Shown here: in pieces, positions 32,151 through 43,094 of the stretch
Numbering within the stretch: the first letter of the stretch is position 1
Layout of the letters: every line of letters starts with the position of its first letter
Assembly (NCBI GenBank): GCA_910588545.1
Contig: CAJUOU010000001.1
Location: 547,975 to 611,974, forward strand
Direction: 5' to 3'
DNA length: 64,000 nucleotides
From: an uncultured Christensenellaceae bacterium
GTDB taxonomy: Bacteria; Bacillota; Clostridia; Christensenellales; UBA3700
Program-made: the position numbers and the translations under genes
The notes under the pieces: model-generated
Database searches by the model: none
Told to the model about the DNA's origin: nothing
What the model saw: the letters and a program-made list of their open reading frames with translations, nothing else

Positions 32151-33880
32151 TAGTTTTTACCTCCCAACTTTATAGCATCAAACTTGCACATTTGCAAGCA
32201 TACTCCGCACCCAACACATTGGTCGGCTTTAATGCTGAAAACTTTGTCCTTGGTCATCATTATAGCAGGACAACCTATTTTCATACACATACCGCATTTT
32301 TTGCATTTGTCATTGTCTATGTAATAAGGTGTTTTTACTTCCTTAGTCAAAAGTACACAAGGTTTTCTTGCAATAATTACGCTTACTTCGTCCTTTGCAA
32401 GTTCTTCTTTTATCGCTTTTTCAACGGCAACCATATCATAGGCGTCTACAGTTTGAACGCTGTTTACACCACAAGCCCTTACAACTTTTTCCAAATCAAG
32501 TTGATGTGTAACTTGGTCGCGAATCGTTCTGCCTGTAGCAGGATTAGGTTGATGTCCCGTCATACCCGTAGTTGAATTATCAAGTATAATAATTGTACTG
32601 CTACCTTGATTGTAAACAGCATCCACAACACCTGTTATACCGCTATGAACAAAAGTGGAGTCACCTATAACTGCAACTGTTTTTTTGGATTGCTCTCTGC
32701 CAAGTGCCTTATCCACACCATGACACATACCAATACTTGCACCCATACATACAACTGTATCTACTGCATTTAATGGTTGACCTGCCCCCAAAGTGTAGCA
32801 ACCTATATCGGCAGTAACCATCAATTTTAATTTTTTCAAAACGTAAAACACGCTTCTGTGAGGGCAACCCGGACACATAACAGGCGGTCTTACAGGCAAA
32901 GTTGTATCCGCAACAGGGATAGGCTCGCCAAGCATTTTGTTTTTGATTAACGCAACAGAAAACTCCCCTTGGATAGAAAAAATTTCTTTTCCTATACACT
33001 CGATTCCTTGAGCTTTTATTTGAGTTTCAAAAATAGGCTCCAATTCCTCTATTACATACAATTTTTCCACTTTACCAGCGAACTCTTTTATCATTTCCAT
33101 AGGCAAAGGATTTACCATCCCAAGCTTTAAAATACTTGCATCAGGCAAAGCCTCCTCAGCATATTTTGCAACAACGCCGCTACAAATAATACCGATTTTC
33201 GTAGACTTATATGTAATTTGATTGATAGACATACTGTTTGCATCCACAGCAAGTTTTTTAATTCTCTCTTCCACAACCTTGTGTCTGCCTACTGCCATTG
33301 CAGGCATCATTGCATACTTGGTAATATCTTTTACATAAGGTTTAACTCCAACCTCGTTTCGCTCCTCAAGCTCAACAAACGATTGAGAGTGCGAAACTCT
33401 TGTAGTGCTTCTTAACATAACAGGAGTATCATATTTTTCGCTCATTTCAAAAGCAAGTTTTGTAAACTCCTTTGCCTCGCTCGAGTCACTCGGCTCAAGC
33501 ATAGGTATACTGTTTGCTATTGCATAATATCTGCTGTCTTGCTCATTTTGTGAGCTGTGCATACCGGGGTCATCCGCAACTACAAGCACCAAACCTCCGT
33601 TAACACCTGTATATGCAAGTGTAAACAATGGGTCCGCAGCCACATTTACACCAACATGTTTCATACAAACTATACTTCTTGCTCCTGCAACGCTTGCACC
33701 TATTGCAACTTCAAGTGCAACTTTTTCGTTCGGCGACCACTCCGCATAAATTTCTTTATACTTTGCTATTGCCTCAGTTATTTCCGTACTCGGTGTACCC
33801 GGATATGCAGTACTTACCTTTACGCCTGCCTCATAAGCACCGCGTGCGATAGCCTCATTACCTAGTAAAATTTTTTTCAT
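32150..33880 (-). CDS. iorA: indolepyruvate:ferredoxin oxidoreductase subunit alpha
   Basis: 576 aa, TPP-binding GDSTF motif, two C-terminal 4Fe-4S CxxCxxCxxxC motifs. Confidence 0.9.
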   Translation of the reverse strand: MKKILLGNEAIARGAYEAGVKVSTAYPGTPSTEITEAIAKYKEIYAEWSPNEKVALEVAIGASVAGARSIVCMKHVGVNVAADPLFTLAYTGVNGGLVLVVADDPGMHSSQNEQDSRYYAIANSIPMLEPSDSSEAKEFTKLAFEMSEKYDTPVMLRSTTRVSHSQSFVELEERNEVGVKPYVKDITKYAMMPAMAVGRHKVVEERIKKLAVDANSMSINQITYKSTKIGIICSGVVAKYAEEALPDASILKLGMVNPLPMEMIKEFAGKVEKLYVIEELEPIFETQIKAQGIECIGKEIFSIQGEFSVALIKNKMLGEPIPVADTTLPVRPPVMCPGCPHRSVFYVLKKLKLMVTADIGCYTLGAGQPLNAVDTVVCMGASIGMCHGVDKALGREQSKKTVAVIGDSTFVHSGITGVVDAVYNQGSSTIIILDNSTTGMTGHQPNPATGRTIRDQVTHQLDLEKVVRACGVNSVQTVDAYDMVAVEKAIKEELAKDEVSVIIARKPCVLLTKEVKTPYYIDNDKCKKCGMCMKIGCPAIMMTKDKVFSIKADQCVGCGVCLQMCKFDAIKLGGKN

Positions 33881-34011
33881 AATTACCTCATTTATTTATT
33901 TCATATCGATTTTTGACGGGTTTTGGACATTAATTGCACTTGAAATAAACCATGTACAAATCAACTGCAAATATTAATCACTATATACTTTATCACGTCA
34001 AAAGATAAATT

Positions 34012-35310
34012 TTATATTTTTCTTAGGTCAGTTACTCTTTTTGCTTTACCCTCGAACCTTTTTAAAGATTGAGGCTCAACAAGCTTGACAACTGCATCGA
34101 TTTGCAAAACCACTTTAAGCTTTTGCCTTACTTTCTTCACCAAATCTTCCAATTTAGAGTAGTTATCCAAAAGTGCAACTTCCTTAACTTCTACATTTAT
34201 TGTAAGTTTATCCAAATGTCCTATTCTTTCCACAACAATTTCGTAGTTACCGCCAATCTCAGGTATACTCATAAGCACTCCTTCGATTTGAGATGGAAAT
34301 ACATTTACCCCACGAATAATAAGCATATCGTCCGAACGGCCTTGTATCTTATCCATTCTGGTAGTTGTTCTGCCACACTTACACTTGTCGGTTATAAGCC
34401 TTGTAATGTCTTTAGTGCGATATCTTAGCATTGGCAATCCCTCTTTTGTAAGGGTCGTAATTACAAGCTCTCCCCACTCTCCGTCTGCAACAGGCATCAA
34501 AGTCTCCCTGTCGATAATTTCGGGATAAAAATGGTCTTCGTTAATGTGCATACCGCATTTATACTCACATTCTCCGCTTACGCCCGGTCCGATTATTTCG
34601 CTCAAGCCATAGTTATCGGTAGGAAAAACTCCAAGTTTGTCTTGCAACTCTTTGTGCATTTCGGGACTTGAGGCCTCGCTGCCAAAAAGACCTATACGAA
34701 GTTTCAAGTCTTCCTTTTTTATACCCATTTTTTCCATAACTTCGCTGATATACAAACCGTAAGACGGGGTTGCAACAAGTGCCGTAGCCCCCAAGTCTTT
34801 CATAAGCATTACTTGTCTTTCTGTATTTCCCGAAGATGCAGGTATAACAGATGCACCTACCTTTTCCCAACCTTGGTGCAAGCCCAATGCGCCTGTAAAC
34901 AAACCATAGCCAAAGGAAATTTGAACAACATCCGACTTTTTACCGCCTGCAGCAACAATAAGTCTTGCTACGCAATCCGACCACATATCCAAATCATTTT
35001 TTGTATATGCCACAACTGTTGGTTTGCCCGAAGTTCCGCTTGAGGCATGCACTCTTACAATTTCATCCATCGGCACTGCAAGCAATCCATAAGGATAGTT
35101 ATCACGCAAATCGGTTTTTGTTGTATAAGGTATTTTGCTAATATCTTCGAGTGTTTTAATATCTTCGGGTTTCAAACCGATTTCGTCAAATTTCTTTTTA
35201 TAGAAAGGCACTCTTTCATAAGCATATTTTACGATTTTCTTTAGTCTATCTAATTGAAGAGCACGCATTTCATCTCTTCCCATTTGCTCTATTTTGCTGT
35301 CAAAAAACAT
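34012..35310 (-). CDS. paaK: phenylacetate-CoA ligase family, second paralogue
   Basis: 432 aa, SSGTSGK, collinear with the 30232..31539 product. Confidence 0.9.
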   Translation of the reverse strand: MFFDSKIEQMGRDEMRALQLDRLKKIVKYAYERVPFYKKKFDEIGLKPEDIKTLEDISKIPYTTKTDLRDNYPYGLLAVPMDEIVRVHASSGTSGKPTVVAYTKNDLDMWSDCVARLIVAAGGKKSDVVQISFGYGLFTGALGLHQGWEKVGASVIPASSGNTERQVMLMKDLGATALVATPSYGLYISEVMEKMGIKKEDLKLRIGLFGSEASSPEMHKELQDKLGVFPTDNYGLSEIIGPGVSGECEYKCGMHINEDHFYPEIIDRETLMPVADGEWGELVITTLTKEGLPMLRYRTKDITRLITDKCKCGRTTTRMDKIQGRSDDMLIIRGVNVFPSQIEGVLMSIPEIGGNYEIVVERIGHLDKLTINVEVKEVALLDNYSKLEDLVKKVRQKLKVVLQIDAVVKLVEPQSLKRFEGKAKRVTDLRKI

Positions 35311-35320
35311 TTCAATCCCC

Positions 35321-37582
35321 TTATTTTCTATCCCTGTAATAATTCATTAAGCAACCGGATACAATAATTTCTTTCTCGGTATCTGTCAAACTATCCAACT
35401 TAAGTGTTATTTCTCGAACATTTTTGCCGTTAATAACCACTGCTTTAAACTCCGTAGCACCGCTTTCGATGCCCGCTTTTACATTAGGTATAAACAAAAT
35501 ATCATCTACTTGGAAATTGTCGTTTTCACTGATAAACGGAATCATACCCCAATTTATTAGATTTGAACGATATCTTTTTGTTGCATATTCTCTTGCAATA
35601 TTGCCTGCACCGCCAAGCACTCTTTGACAGCTTGCAGCTTGCTCTCTAGCACTTCCGTCACCCGGTTTTGTTGCATATATAACGCTTGCTATGCTTATGC
35701 TACCTTGAGGTTTAATACTTGCAACTTTTAAAGCGTCTTCATACTCTTTTGGCAAAATGTTGTTTTCCCTTCTTGCAAGTTCTTCGCTGTAAACAGCTTT
35801 TGCTCTAGGAACATAGTCAGGCACTTTCCTTGACAAAGCGAACTCGGCAAGTTTTAACGGATTTGAACGATAGCTTGAGGTCTCTCCCGACGGAATAAGC
35901 TCGTCCGTTGTAGTAACAGGGTCATTGATTACCGCTGTCATTTTCAGCAAAATATTATCCGTTAAATGTATAACTTCCGGCCAATCTTTAATGTTTGGGC
36001 CATATATCAACTCTTGATTAATAGGCTTTTTAACACCATTGTAGCATCTGTTTTCGTAAATACTGCTGTCATAACTAAATTTAGGTATTGTGTTATCATA
36101 ATCCAAATCCATTGCACTTGTAAGAATACCACCGTTCATAGCAGTTGCTGCAATACTTCTTGCATCCATCAATGCAACTGAAGAAATTTGACCATTAGCA
36201 GGCTTACTGCCCTCACGGCTTTCAAAGTTTCTTGTAGTATGTCTTATGCTTAATGCGTTGTTTGCAGGGACATCTCCCGCGCCAAAGCATGGTCCGCAGA
36301 AAGAGGTTTTAATATTTGCACCCGCTTTTACAAGCTTGGAAATCGCACCTTTATTCATCAAGTCGTAATAAATAGGTTGGCTTGACGGATAAACGCTTAA
36401 AGTAAATTCGTTTTTACCTATGTATTTGCCGTCGATAATGCTGCTTGCCTCAAAAATATTGTCATAAGTACCGCCCGCACAACCTGCGATAATACCTTGT
36501 TGTACTTGTACTTTTCCGTCTTTAGTAATCTTATCCAAAAGATTGAATTTAACTTTATTTGCCGATAAAAGTTTGTTACCCTCAGCTTCGACTTTAGCAA
36601 ATATATCTTTTGGATTTGAGATAACATCTTTTAAATTGTAAACATTGCTTGGATGGAATGGAAGAGCGATTTGCGGCTCGATTTTACCCAAATCGACTTC
36701 TACAACTCCGTCATACATTGCTATTTCTGCCGGATTTAACTCCTTATAGTCCTCAGGTCTGCCATGCTCGATATAATAATTTTTAACTATTTCGTCAGTC
36801 TTCCAAATAGAGCTTAAACAAGTAGTCTCTGTTGTCATTACATCTATTCCGTTACGATATTCAATAGGAAGATTAGCAATGCCATCGCCTATGAATTCCA
36901 TAATTTTATTTTTTACAAAACCTTGTTTAAATACCGCACCTATTATGCTAAGAGCAACGTCTTGAGGTCCTACGCCACGTCTTGGCTTTCCTGTAAGATT
37001 AATTGCGATAACATCGGGATAGTTTATATCATAAGTTCTGCACAATAATTGTTTAACAAGCTCCGGTCCACCCTCGCCAACAGCAATAGTACCAAGTGCA
37101 CCATATCTTGTGTGAGAGTCACTGCCCAAAATCATTTTGCCACAACCGGACATATTCTCACGCATAAAAGTATGAATAACCGCTTGATGAGGAGGTACAA
37201 ATATACCACCGTATTTTTTAGCTGCCGAAAGACCGAAAACGTGGTCATCTTCGTTTATTGTACCGCCAACCGCACAAAGTGAGTTATGACAGTTAGTCAA
37301 AACATACGGAATAGGAAATTTTTCAAGTCCGCTTGCTTTTGCAGTTTGAATAATACCTACATAAGTAATATCATGTGATGCCATTGCATCAAATTTGATT
37401 TGTAATCCTCTACCTTTTTCGGTAATGCCACTGATATTGTGTTTTTCAAGTATTCCGTAAGCGATTGTACCTTTATAAGCATTGTCAATTATTTTGCTGT
37501 CAACACCTTGACTAGCAAGATAATCTCCGTCCACAAACTTACCCTTGTACAAATATTTTTTACCGCTAATTAGATTAATCAT
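35321..37582 (-). CDS. aconitate hydratase (aconitase family)
   Basis: 753 aa; GSDSHT, CGPCFG, NFESREG and [10 protein letters not shown] motifs of aconitase-family dehydratases. Confidence 0.85.
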   Translation of the reverse strand: MINLISGKKYLYKGKFVDGDYLASQGVDSKIIDNAYKGTIAYGILEKHNISGITEKGRGLQIKFDAMASHDITYVGIIQTAKASGLEKFPIPYVLTNCHNSLCAVGGTINEDDHVFGLSAAKKYGGIFVPPHQAVIHTFMRENMSGCGKMILGSDSHTRYGALGTIAVGEGGPELVKQLLCRTYDINYPDVIAINLTGKPRRGVGPQDVALSIIGAVFKQGFVKNKIMEFIGDGIANLPIEYRNGIDVMTTETTCLSSIWKTDEIVKNYYIEHGRPEDYKELNPAEIAMYDGVVEVDLGKIEPQIALPFHPSNVYNLKDVISNPKDIFAKVEAEGNKLLSANKVKFNLLDKITKDGKVQVQQGIIAGCAGGTYDNIFEASSIIDGKYIGKNEFTLSVYPSSQPIYYDLMNKGAISKLVKAGANIKTSFCGPCFGAGDVPANNALSIRHTTRNFESREGSKPANGQISSVALMDARSIAATAMNGGILTSAMDLDYDNTIPKFSYDSSIYENRCYNGVKKPINQELIYGPNIKDWPEVIHLTDNILLKMTAVINDPVTTTDELIPSGETSSYRSNPLKLAEFALSRKVPDYVPRAKAVYSEELARRENNILPKEYEDALKVASIKPQGSISIASVIYATKPGDGSAREQAASCQRVLGGAGNIAREYATKRYRSNLINWGMIPFISENDNFQVDDILFIPNVKAGIESGATEFKAVVINGKNVREITLKLDSLTDTEKEIIVSGCLMNYYRDRK

Positions 37583-37905
37583 ATTGTCTCCTTATTTACA
37601 AAAGTTACTTTTTATCATTTAAATATTTCTAAAATCACAATTTGCATTATAATTTTATTTATATATACGCTATTTTATAATACAATATTTTTTTGATTTT
37701 TGCAAGGGTTATTTTAAAAAAAATACATATTTCTACATATATTGAATAAAATGTAGCACAATTTAACAATTAAGTTATATTCTGTTATGAAATTGTATTC
37801 CACGATACGTAGATATATAATTAATTAAAATCTCTTTATTGCGGATTATTGATAAATTTATAAAAAAAGATAGTAATTTCATTTTAAATTTGCTATAATA
37901 AATAT

Positions 37906-38391
37906 ATGGACAAAAAATACAAATTCAAATTAAATAAAAAAATTAATTTCACTTTAGTTACAATAGTATTAATTTGCATAATAGGCATAATTTGCGATGC
38001 AGTATTTATGTCTTTTGCTATAAAAGATGAACTATCTGTTACTGCATATATTATCAGCTTGGCACTTTTAATTGCTTTATTGGCATTTATACCGATTTTT
38101 ATTTTCGGCAGCTCATACACTTTAGGTAAGGACAAATTTACTCTTTCTATGTGTTTTATCAAAAAGACAATAGCTTATAGTGACTTGCTTAACATAAGAC
38201 ACGACGCCAATATCAATCAAACAATTATGTACTACTATACTTACAATAAAAGCGGCGAACAGCTTGTCAGTATGCTATATCTTAACATAGACAACAAAAA
38301 TTTAGATAGCTTTGTGCAAGATTTGAAAGACAAAAACAATATGATAATTTACGACATATTTAATAAAGAGGAAGATAATGAAAAAAATTAA
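37906..38391 (+). CDS. two-TM membrane protein with C-terminal soluble domain, unknown function
   Basis: 161 aa; two hydrophobic helices. Overlaps the rdgB start. Confidence 0.55.
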   Translation: MDKKYKFKLNKKINFTLVTIVLICIIGIICDAVFMSFAIKDELSVTAYIISLALLIALLAFIPIFIFGSSYTLGKDKFTLSMCFIKKTIAYSDLLNIRHDANINQTIMYYYTYNKSGEQLVSMLYLNIDNKNLDSFVQDLKDKNNMIIYDIFNKEEDNEKN

Positions 38392-38974
38392 TGAGCTTAT
38401 AATTGCAAGCAATAATAAACACAAGATAATTGAAATTAAAGACATTTTGGGAGAATTTTTTAAAAATATTTATAGCCTTAGCGAAAAAAATATAAATGTA
38501 GAAATTGAAGAAACAGGCAAAACTTTTGAAGAAAATGCAATAATAAAGGCAAAATACATTTCGGAACTTACAGGTTTACCTGCCCTAAGCGATGACAGCG
38601 GACTTGAGGTAGAAGCTTTAAATGGAGCTCCGGGTGTTTATTCTGCAAGATATGCAGGAGAGCCCAGCAACAGCGACATTAACAATAAAAAATTACTTAA
38701 AGAAATGCAAGGTAAATCTAATAGAAACGCTAATTTTACAAGCGTAATTGCTATCTGCTATCCAAATGGTAAAATTATAACCGCAAACGGCAAGACTTAT
38801 GGTAAAATTTTAACCGAATTACAAGGCGAAAACGGTTTTGGCTATGACCCGCTGTTTTATTCAAACGATTTGAAAAAAAGTTTTGGACTAGCTACTTCGG
38901 AAGAAAAAAATGCAGTCAGCCATCGCGGACGTGCTTTACAAAATTTAAAAGAAATTTTAAGTAAAAGAAAGTAA
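38378..38974 (+). CDS. rdgB: non-canonical purine NTP pyrophosphatase RdgB/HAM1
   Basis: SNNKHKIIEIK, DDSGLEV, GENGFGYDPLF motifs. Confidence 0.93.
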   Translation: MKKINELIIASNNKHKIIEIKDILGEFFKNIYSLSEKNINVEIEETGKTFEENAIIKAKYISELTGLPALSDDSGLEVEALNGAPGVYSARYAGEPSNSDINNKKLLKEMQGKSNRNANFTSVIAICYPNGKIITANGKTYGKILTELQGENGFGYDPLFYSNDLKKSFGLATSEEKNAVSHRGRALQNLKEILSKRK

Positions 38975-39055
38975 TATTTTATTAAAGATTTGATATATAC
39001 TATTTGTTTTACAAATTTACTAAAAATCAATATTTAAAGAATATTCATCAAGCCA

Positions 39056-39712
39056 TTAATAATTTTTTATGATTTCCTTCGCCCAAGCAAATATGTCTTT
39101 ACACATTAGTTCAAAATCTACTTGTCCATTTATTTTTATATTAATATAATTTTGCAAAATAATTTTTTCAGACATTTCCACAACTTCAAGTAGTTGTAAG
39201 GTATCTTTCACATATTTCCCTGTTTGATAAAAATATATCGCTTGAATAACAAACTTGGCAGATTTATAGATATTTTTTAATATTTCCTCGCTTTTTTCGT
39301 GAACAAAATTGTGAACTACAGTATGATAAATATTGCATGCCCCGCTTTTAATTGCATTTTTTATATCACTTTTAGTAATTTTATTCAACAATACATCAAG
39401 TGAGCCGATAATAGGCAATGTATCGTAATAAAATTGAAACAAGTCGGCAGCAGACCAATTCATGAGTTCTTGTTTGCCCGATACAAATCCGCATATTAAA
39501 TCTCGGTTGGGCAATTTATCCAACATTCCCCTATAAATTATCAAATCTTGTATATCAACTTTATCCAAAATCACAACAATATCTATATCACTATTTTCAT
39601 TTGCTTCATTTCTTGCATAACTGCCTTGCAACCCCACAAACCAAATACGTTTTTTAAATGTTTCTTCCAACCTATTTACAAATATTTCTATCCAATTTTT
39701 TATATTTATCAC
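39056..39712 (-). CDS. nucleotidyltransferase-domain protein (MNT/KNTase-like) with helical C-terminal domain
   Basis: 218 aa; GLQGSYARNEANENSDIDIVVIL fits the GSx(n)SDxD minimal NTase motif. Confidence 0.7.
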   Translation of the reverse strand: MINIKNWIEIFVNRLEETFKKRIWFVGLQGSYARNEANENSDIDIVVILDKVDIQDLIIYRGMLDKLPNRDLICGFVSGKQELMNWSAADLFQFYYDTLPIIGSLDVLLNKITKSDIKNAIKSGACNIYHTVVHNFVHEKSEEILKNIYKSAKFVIQAIYFYQTGKYVKDTLQLLEVVEMSEKIILQNYINIKINGQVDFELMCKDIFAWAKEIIKNY

Positions 39713-39758
39713 ATCGCACCTATATCGTTAATCCTGCTTTATAAAAGTTAAATTATCA

Positions 39759-40202
39759 TTATAATTTTATTAATTTTTTTATTTTTTCTATAATTTTTTC
39801 AAAAAAAGATTTATCTTCTTTTTTAAACTCATCATTTTCTTTTGCCACATTATTCTTGATTGAATTAGAATTCTCACGTTTGATTTTATAAAAAAGTGCT
39901 AATGGATCTTTATAATTAAATAAATCACAATAAAATTCATCTATCCAATTAACGTCCGACTGCTCACATAATTCAGAATAAATTGGAACATCATGCGCAA
40001 GTTGATTCCGCATCCATCTTGAATGTTTTAAATTTTTATATGTTTCGTCCCAATTATTAATTTTATTTACGGCATAATCATAATTAAATTTTTCCATATC
40101 TAAAATATAATCATTAACACCTCTAGCTGATGAATACATTTCATTAAGCAACTTTTCAAGTTTTTTATATTTTTCTAAAAATTCTATATTTAAATCATAC
40201 AT
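39759..40202 (-). CDS. HEPN-like small protein (RNxxxH motif)
   Basis: 147 aa; WMRNQLAHD fits the Rx4-6H HEPN signature (RNxLxH as in DUF86/HepT). Lies 46 nt upstream of the NTase gene on the same strand. Confidence 0.45.
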   Translation of the reverse strand: MYDLNIEFLEKYKKLEKLLNEMYSSARGVNDYILDMEKFNYDYAVNKINNWDETYKNLKHSRWMRNQLAHDVPIYSELCEQSDVNWIDEFYCDLFNYKDPLALFYKIKRENSNSIKNNVAKENDEFKKEDKSFFEKIIEKIKKLIKL

Positions 40203-40351
40203 TTTCTATCATTTCATCCTTTATTTTAAATTATACAACATATGCAGGAATATGTAAAGTTAATTATTTAGAAATATTAACCTTGCAATATTTGATTTTT
40301 TCTTTTTATAATGGTATACTATTTTTGCAAATAATATAATTAGGAGTTTGT

Positions 40352-40813
40352 ATGCTTAAAATCACATTTGTATGCCTTGGAAATATCTGCCGTTCGCCAA
40401 TGGCAGAACTTATTTTTAAAAATATGCTTGAAAAACAAGGTTTATCGGATAAATTTGAAATAACATCTTCTGCTACTTCTAATTACGAGACAGGAAATCC
40501 AATTTACTATTTAGCACAACAAATTCTATCAAAACACAATATTAATGGTAGCCATACAGCAAAAAGAATAAGCAAGCAAGAGCTTGCTAGTAGCGATTTT
40601 ATTCTTGTTATGGATAGCGAAAACTATCAAGATATCATGCGAATAAATGGGGTAGATAAAAATAAGGTTTTCAAACTATGTGATTTTACCTCCAATCCAC
40701 GCGATGTCGCAGACCCTTGGTACACCCGCGACTTCGAAACAACCTACAACGACATCCTAGACGGCTGCACCTCATTTTTGGAGTATTTGAAATCTAATAA
40801 TTTTTTAAAATAA
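40352..40813 (+). CDS. low-molecular-weight protein-tyrosine phosphatase
   Basis: CLGNICRSP P-loop at residues 8-16, DPWY. Confidence 0.92.
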   Translation: MLKITFVCLGNICRSPMAELIFKNMLEKQGLSDKFEITSSATSNYETGNPIYYLAQQILSKHNINGSHTAKRISKQELASSDFILVMDSENYQDIMRINGVDKNKVFKLCDFTSNPRDVADPWYTRDFETTYNDILDGCTSFLEYLKSNNFLK

Positions 40814-40828
40814 TTAAATACCATTAAT

Positions 40829-41389
40829 TTATACTATATCAAAATCTACTGTGCCAATATCGCTGTGATAAACGGCACCTATAACTTTTAAATGCGAATT
40901 TTGAATACATAATGCTGTTTTTATTTCATTAACACCAAAAATAACATTTTTACAAGTAGCAAGGTAATCATACTTGATTTCGCCGATTATTTTATATATT
41001 TTGTCTATTGTAGTTTTTATCATACCACTAGCATTACCATTGATTGCACTGTTTATAGCACCGCAACCTGTATGACCCAAAACTACAACAAGCGGTGCTT
41101 TTAAATGAGAAACCGCATAATCAACACTCGAAAGCACTATTTCGTCCACAACATTCCCCACAACGCGAATTACAAACAACTCCCCAATACCCGCATTAAA
41201 TATGCTTTCCGGTATTACGCGAGAATCCGAACATGAAACAATAACTGCATACGGTTTTTGACCATTATCAAAAGTCTTTTTCCTTATTGCCTGCGATATA
41301 TCTCCGCCACTTGTTTTCGCTGTTAAATATTTACCATTTCTATCTTTTAAAGTTTGCAAAACTTCTTCCCATCTCTCAATATTACTCAT
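40829..41389 (-). CDS. beta-class carbonic anhydrase
   Basis: CSDSRV and GHTGCGA zinc-ligand motifs. Confidence 0.88.
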   Translation of the reverse strand: MSNIERWEEVLQTLKDRNGKYLTAKTSGGDISQAIRKKTFDNGQKPYAVIVSCSDSRVIPESIFNAGIGELFVIRVVGNVVDEIVLSSVDYAVSHLKAPLVVVLGHTGCGAINSAINGNASGMIKTTIDKIYKIIGEIKYDYLATCKNVIFGVNEIKTALCIQNSHLKVIGAVYHSDIGTVDFDIV

Positions 41390-41488
41390 ATAAACACATA
41401 AATAAATATTTTTTTATTATAATATGAATGTTAAATATTAAAAAATTTATAACATAATATCAAATTATTTTCAATAATCCTTATAAAA

Positions 41489-41824
41489 CTACATTTCGAT
41501 TTCACTAACAAAATATTTTTCTTGAAAACTTATTTGCTCCATAATTTCTTGTTTTGAAAATGTCACGTTATCGGGAACAACAATAAGTTTATCTTCTATA
41601 TCATTTATTCTTCGTACAATAGCAATAACTTTACCTGTAAATCGCCTAACAGGCATATTTACTCCTAAAATATATGCATCCTGTTCTTCTCCGTCAGGTG
41701 CGAATATCCCCTTAATGTATCCATAATTAACCTTGTAAACAATTTCAGGATAATTCGGATGACACGTTTTAAGCGGTCTATCCACAATAACCGTCACAGT
41801 TTTACCTATTATGTTTTTATCCAT
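41489..41824 (-). CDS. small inorganic-pyrophosphatase-like protein (uncertain)
   Basis: 111 aa; DGEEQDAYILG resembles the family I PPase DGDPxD core, but the protein is much shorter. Confidence 0.4.
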   Translation of the reverse strand: MDKNIIGKTVTVIVDRPLKTCHPNYPEIVYKVNYGYIKGIFAPDGEEQDAYILGVNMPVRRFTGKVIAIVRRINDIEDKLIVVPDNVTFSKQEIMEQISFQEKYFVSEIEM

Positions 41825-41943
41825 TTTACTCCTTTATTTTTATTGTGCCTACTTTTATTTTGTTTTGCAAATAACACATTGTAGATTTTGCTATTTTTGA
41901 ACTGTTTTATTATCCATATTCTACTTTTATTAATTAAGGAAAA

Positions 41944-42369
41944 TTACTTTTTATTAGGTTTTCTTTTAATGCTCAACAGTCTAACAAAATCATTAAACAA
42001 TGAAGTGTCCGTTGGCTCAAACATTATCCATTTCCCATCGTGGTAAGTGTGGGTATTGTCATATATTTCTTGAACTTCTTTTGAATAATTAGTTCTACTT
42101 TCTTCAAATTTTGCACGTTCGTCTTTCCCTAAAATAACCATAAAACCTAAGCAATTTTCTTTTGCATAAAGTGCACAAAGCGTTTTACCGCCTCGACGAT
42201 ATTTATACTCATAATCCCAAGCCTTACCGCCTTTATTCCATACACACTCCATATCGTAGTTTTCATTGATTAAAGCACATAACTTATTCCAAATATCGTA
42301 TAGATTCTCCCCAATCAAGGCAAACATTTCTTCTCTCGTAGGTTTAATATCAATCATAATTAACTCCAA
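41944..42369 (-). CDS. DUF3788-like protein
   Basis: 141 aa; WNKGGKAWDYEYKYRRGGKTLCALY recalled as typical of DUF3788. Confidence 0.55.
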   Translation of the reverse strand: MELIMIDIKPTREEMFALIGENLYDIWNKLCALINENYDMECVWNKGGKAWDYEYKYRRGGKTLCALYAKENCLGFMVILGKDERAKFEESRTNYSKEVQEIYDNTHTYHDGKWIMFEPTDTSLFNDFVRLLSIKRKPNKK

Positions 42370-42396
42370 TTTATATCAACATTTATTTTAATTTTG

Positions 42397-42927
42397 CTAA
42401 TTTTGTATACTTTTGCACAAACTCTGTTTTAGCGTTAGTATAAGCATCTCTGTCAATTCATATTTTTTCCATAGCTTTATTTTCAATTCTTCATACTCTT
42501 TTGCAATGTCGGGATTATCGATTAAATAATTTTTAAAATAAACCTCGTCAATATCACCCTTTAATCGTAAATGAATATGGTATACTTTTTCAGCAAAGCC
42601 ACTTTCTGTATATCCTTTGTTCAGTGCCATCCGATTATCTTTTTCGGACATAATTATATACCCATTCTCTTTCAAAATATTTGTAACCTGGCTCATTTGA
42701 TTGCAAGTGTCAACTGCCACTATAATATCGATTATTGGTTTAGCCATAATACCGCTTATGGCAGTACTGCCGATATGATAAAAATCAATAGCTTGTGGCA
42801 AAATATTTTTTAAATTTTTCACTTCCTCATTGTACCAATCAACCCAATATGTTTTATGGTTTTCTAAAAAAATGGGGAATAATTGCCATAGCTCTTCAAG
42901 CGACATTTCCGATAATTTTTTACTCAT
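42397..42927 (-). CDS. GrpB-family protein, C-terminal frameshift
   Basis: HIGSTAI...AKPIIDI motifs. After ...KLWKKYE the expected DRDAYTNAKTEFVQKYTKLAKLK continues in another frame, ending at 42383. Confidence 0.75.
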   Translation of the reverse strand: MSKKLSEMSLEELWQLFPIFLENHKTYWVDWYNEEVKNLKNILPQAIDFYHIGSTAISGIMAKPIIDIIVAVDTCNQMSQVTNILKENGYIIMSEKDNRMALNKGYTESGFAEKVYHIHLRLKGDIDEVYFKNYLIDNPDIAKEYEELKIKLWKKYELTEMLILTLKQSLCKSIQN

Positions 42928-43094
42928 TTTAATTTTGCTCCGCTTTTTATATTATACCATACAAAAACCTTAAATGCAATATATAAAATCTTTGACATAC
43001 ACACTTTTCACATGTAAATGACAAAAAATAAAAAGTACAAACTTTTAGCCCATACTTTTTAAAATTATGTATCCAAGATATTACAAAACAACTA

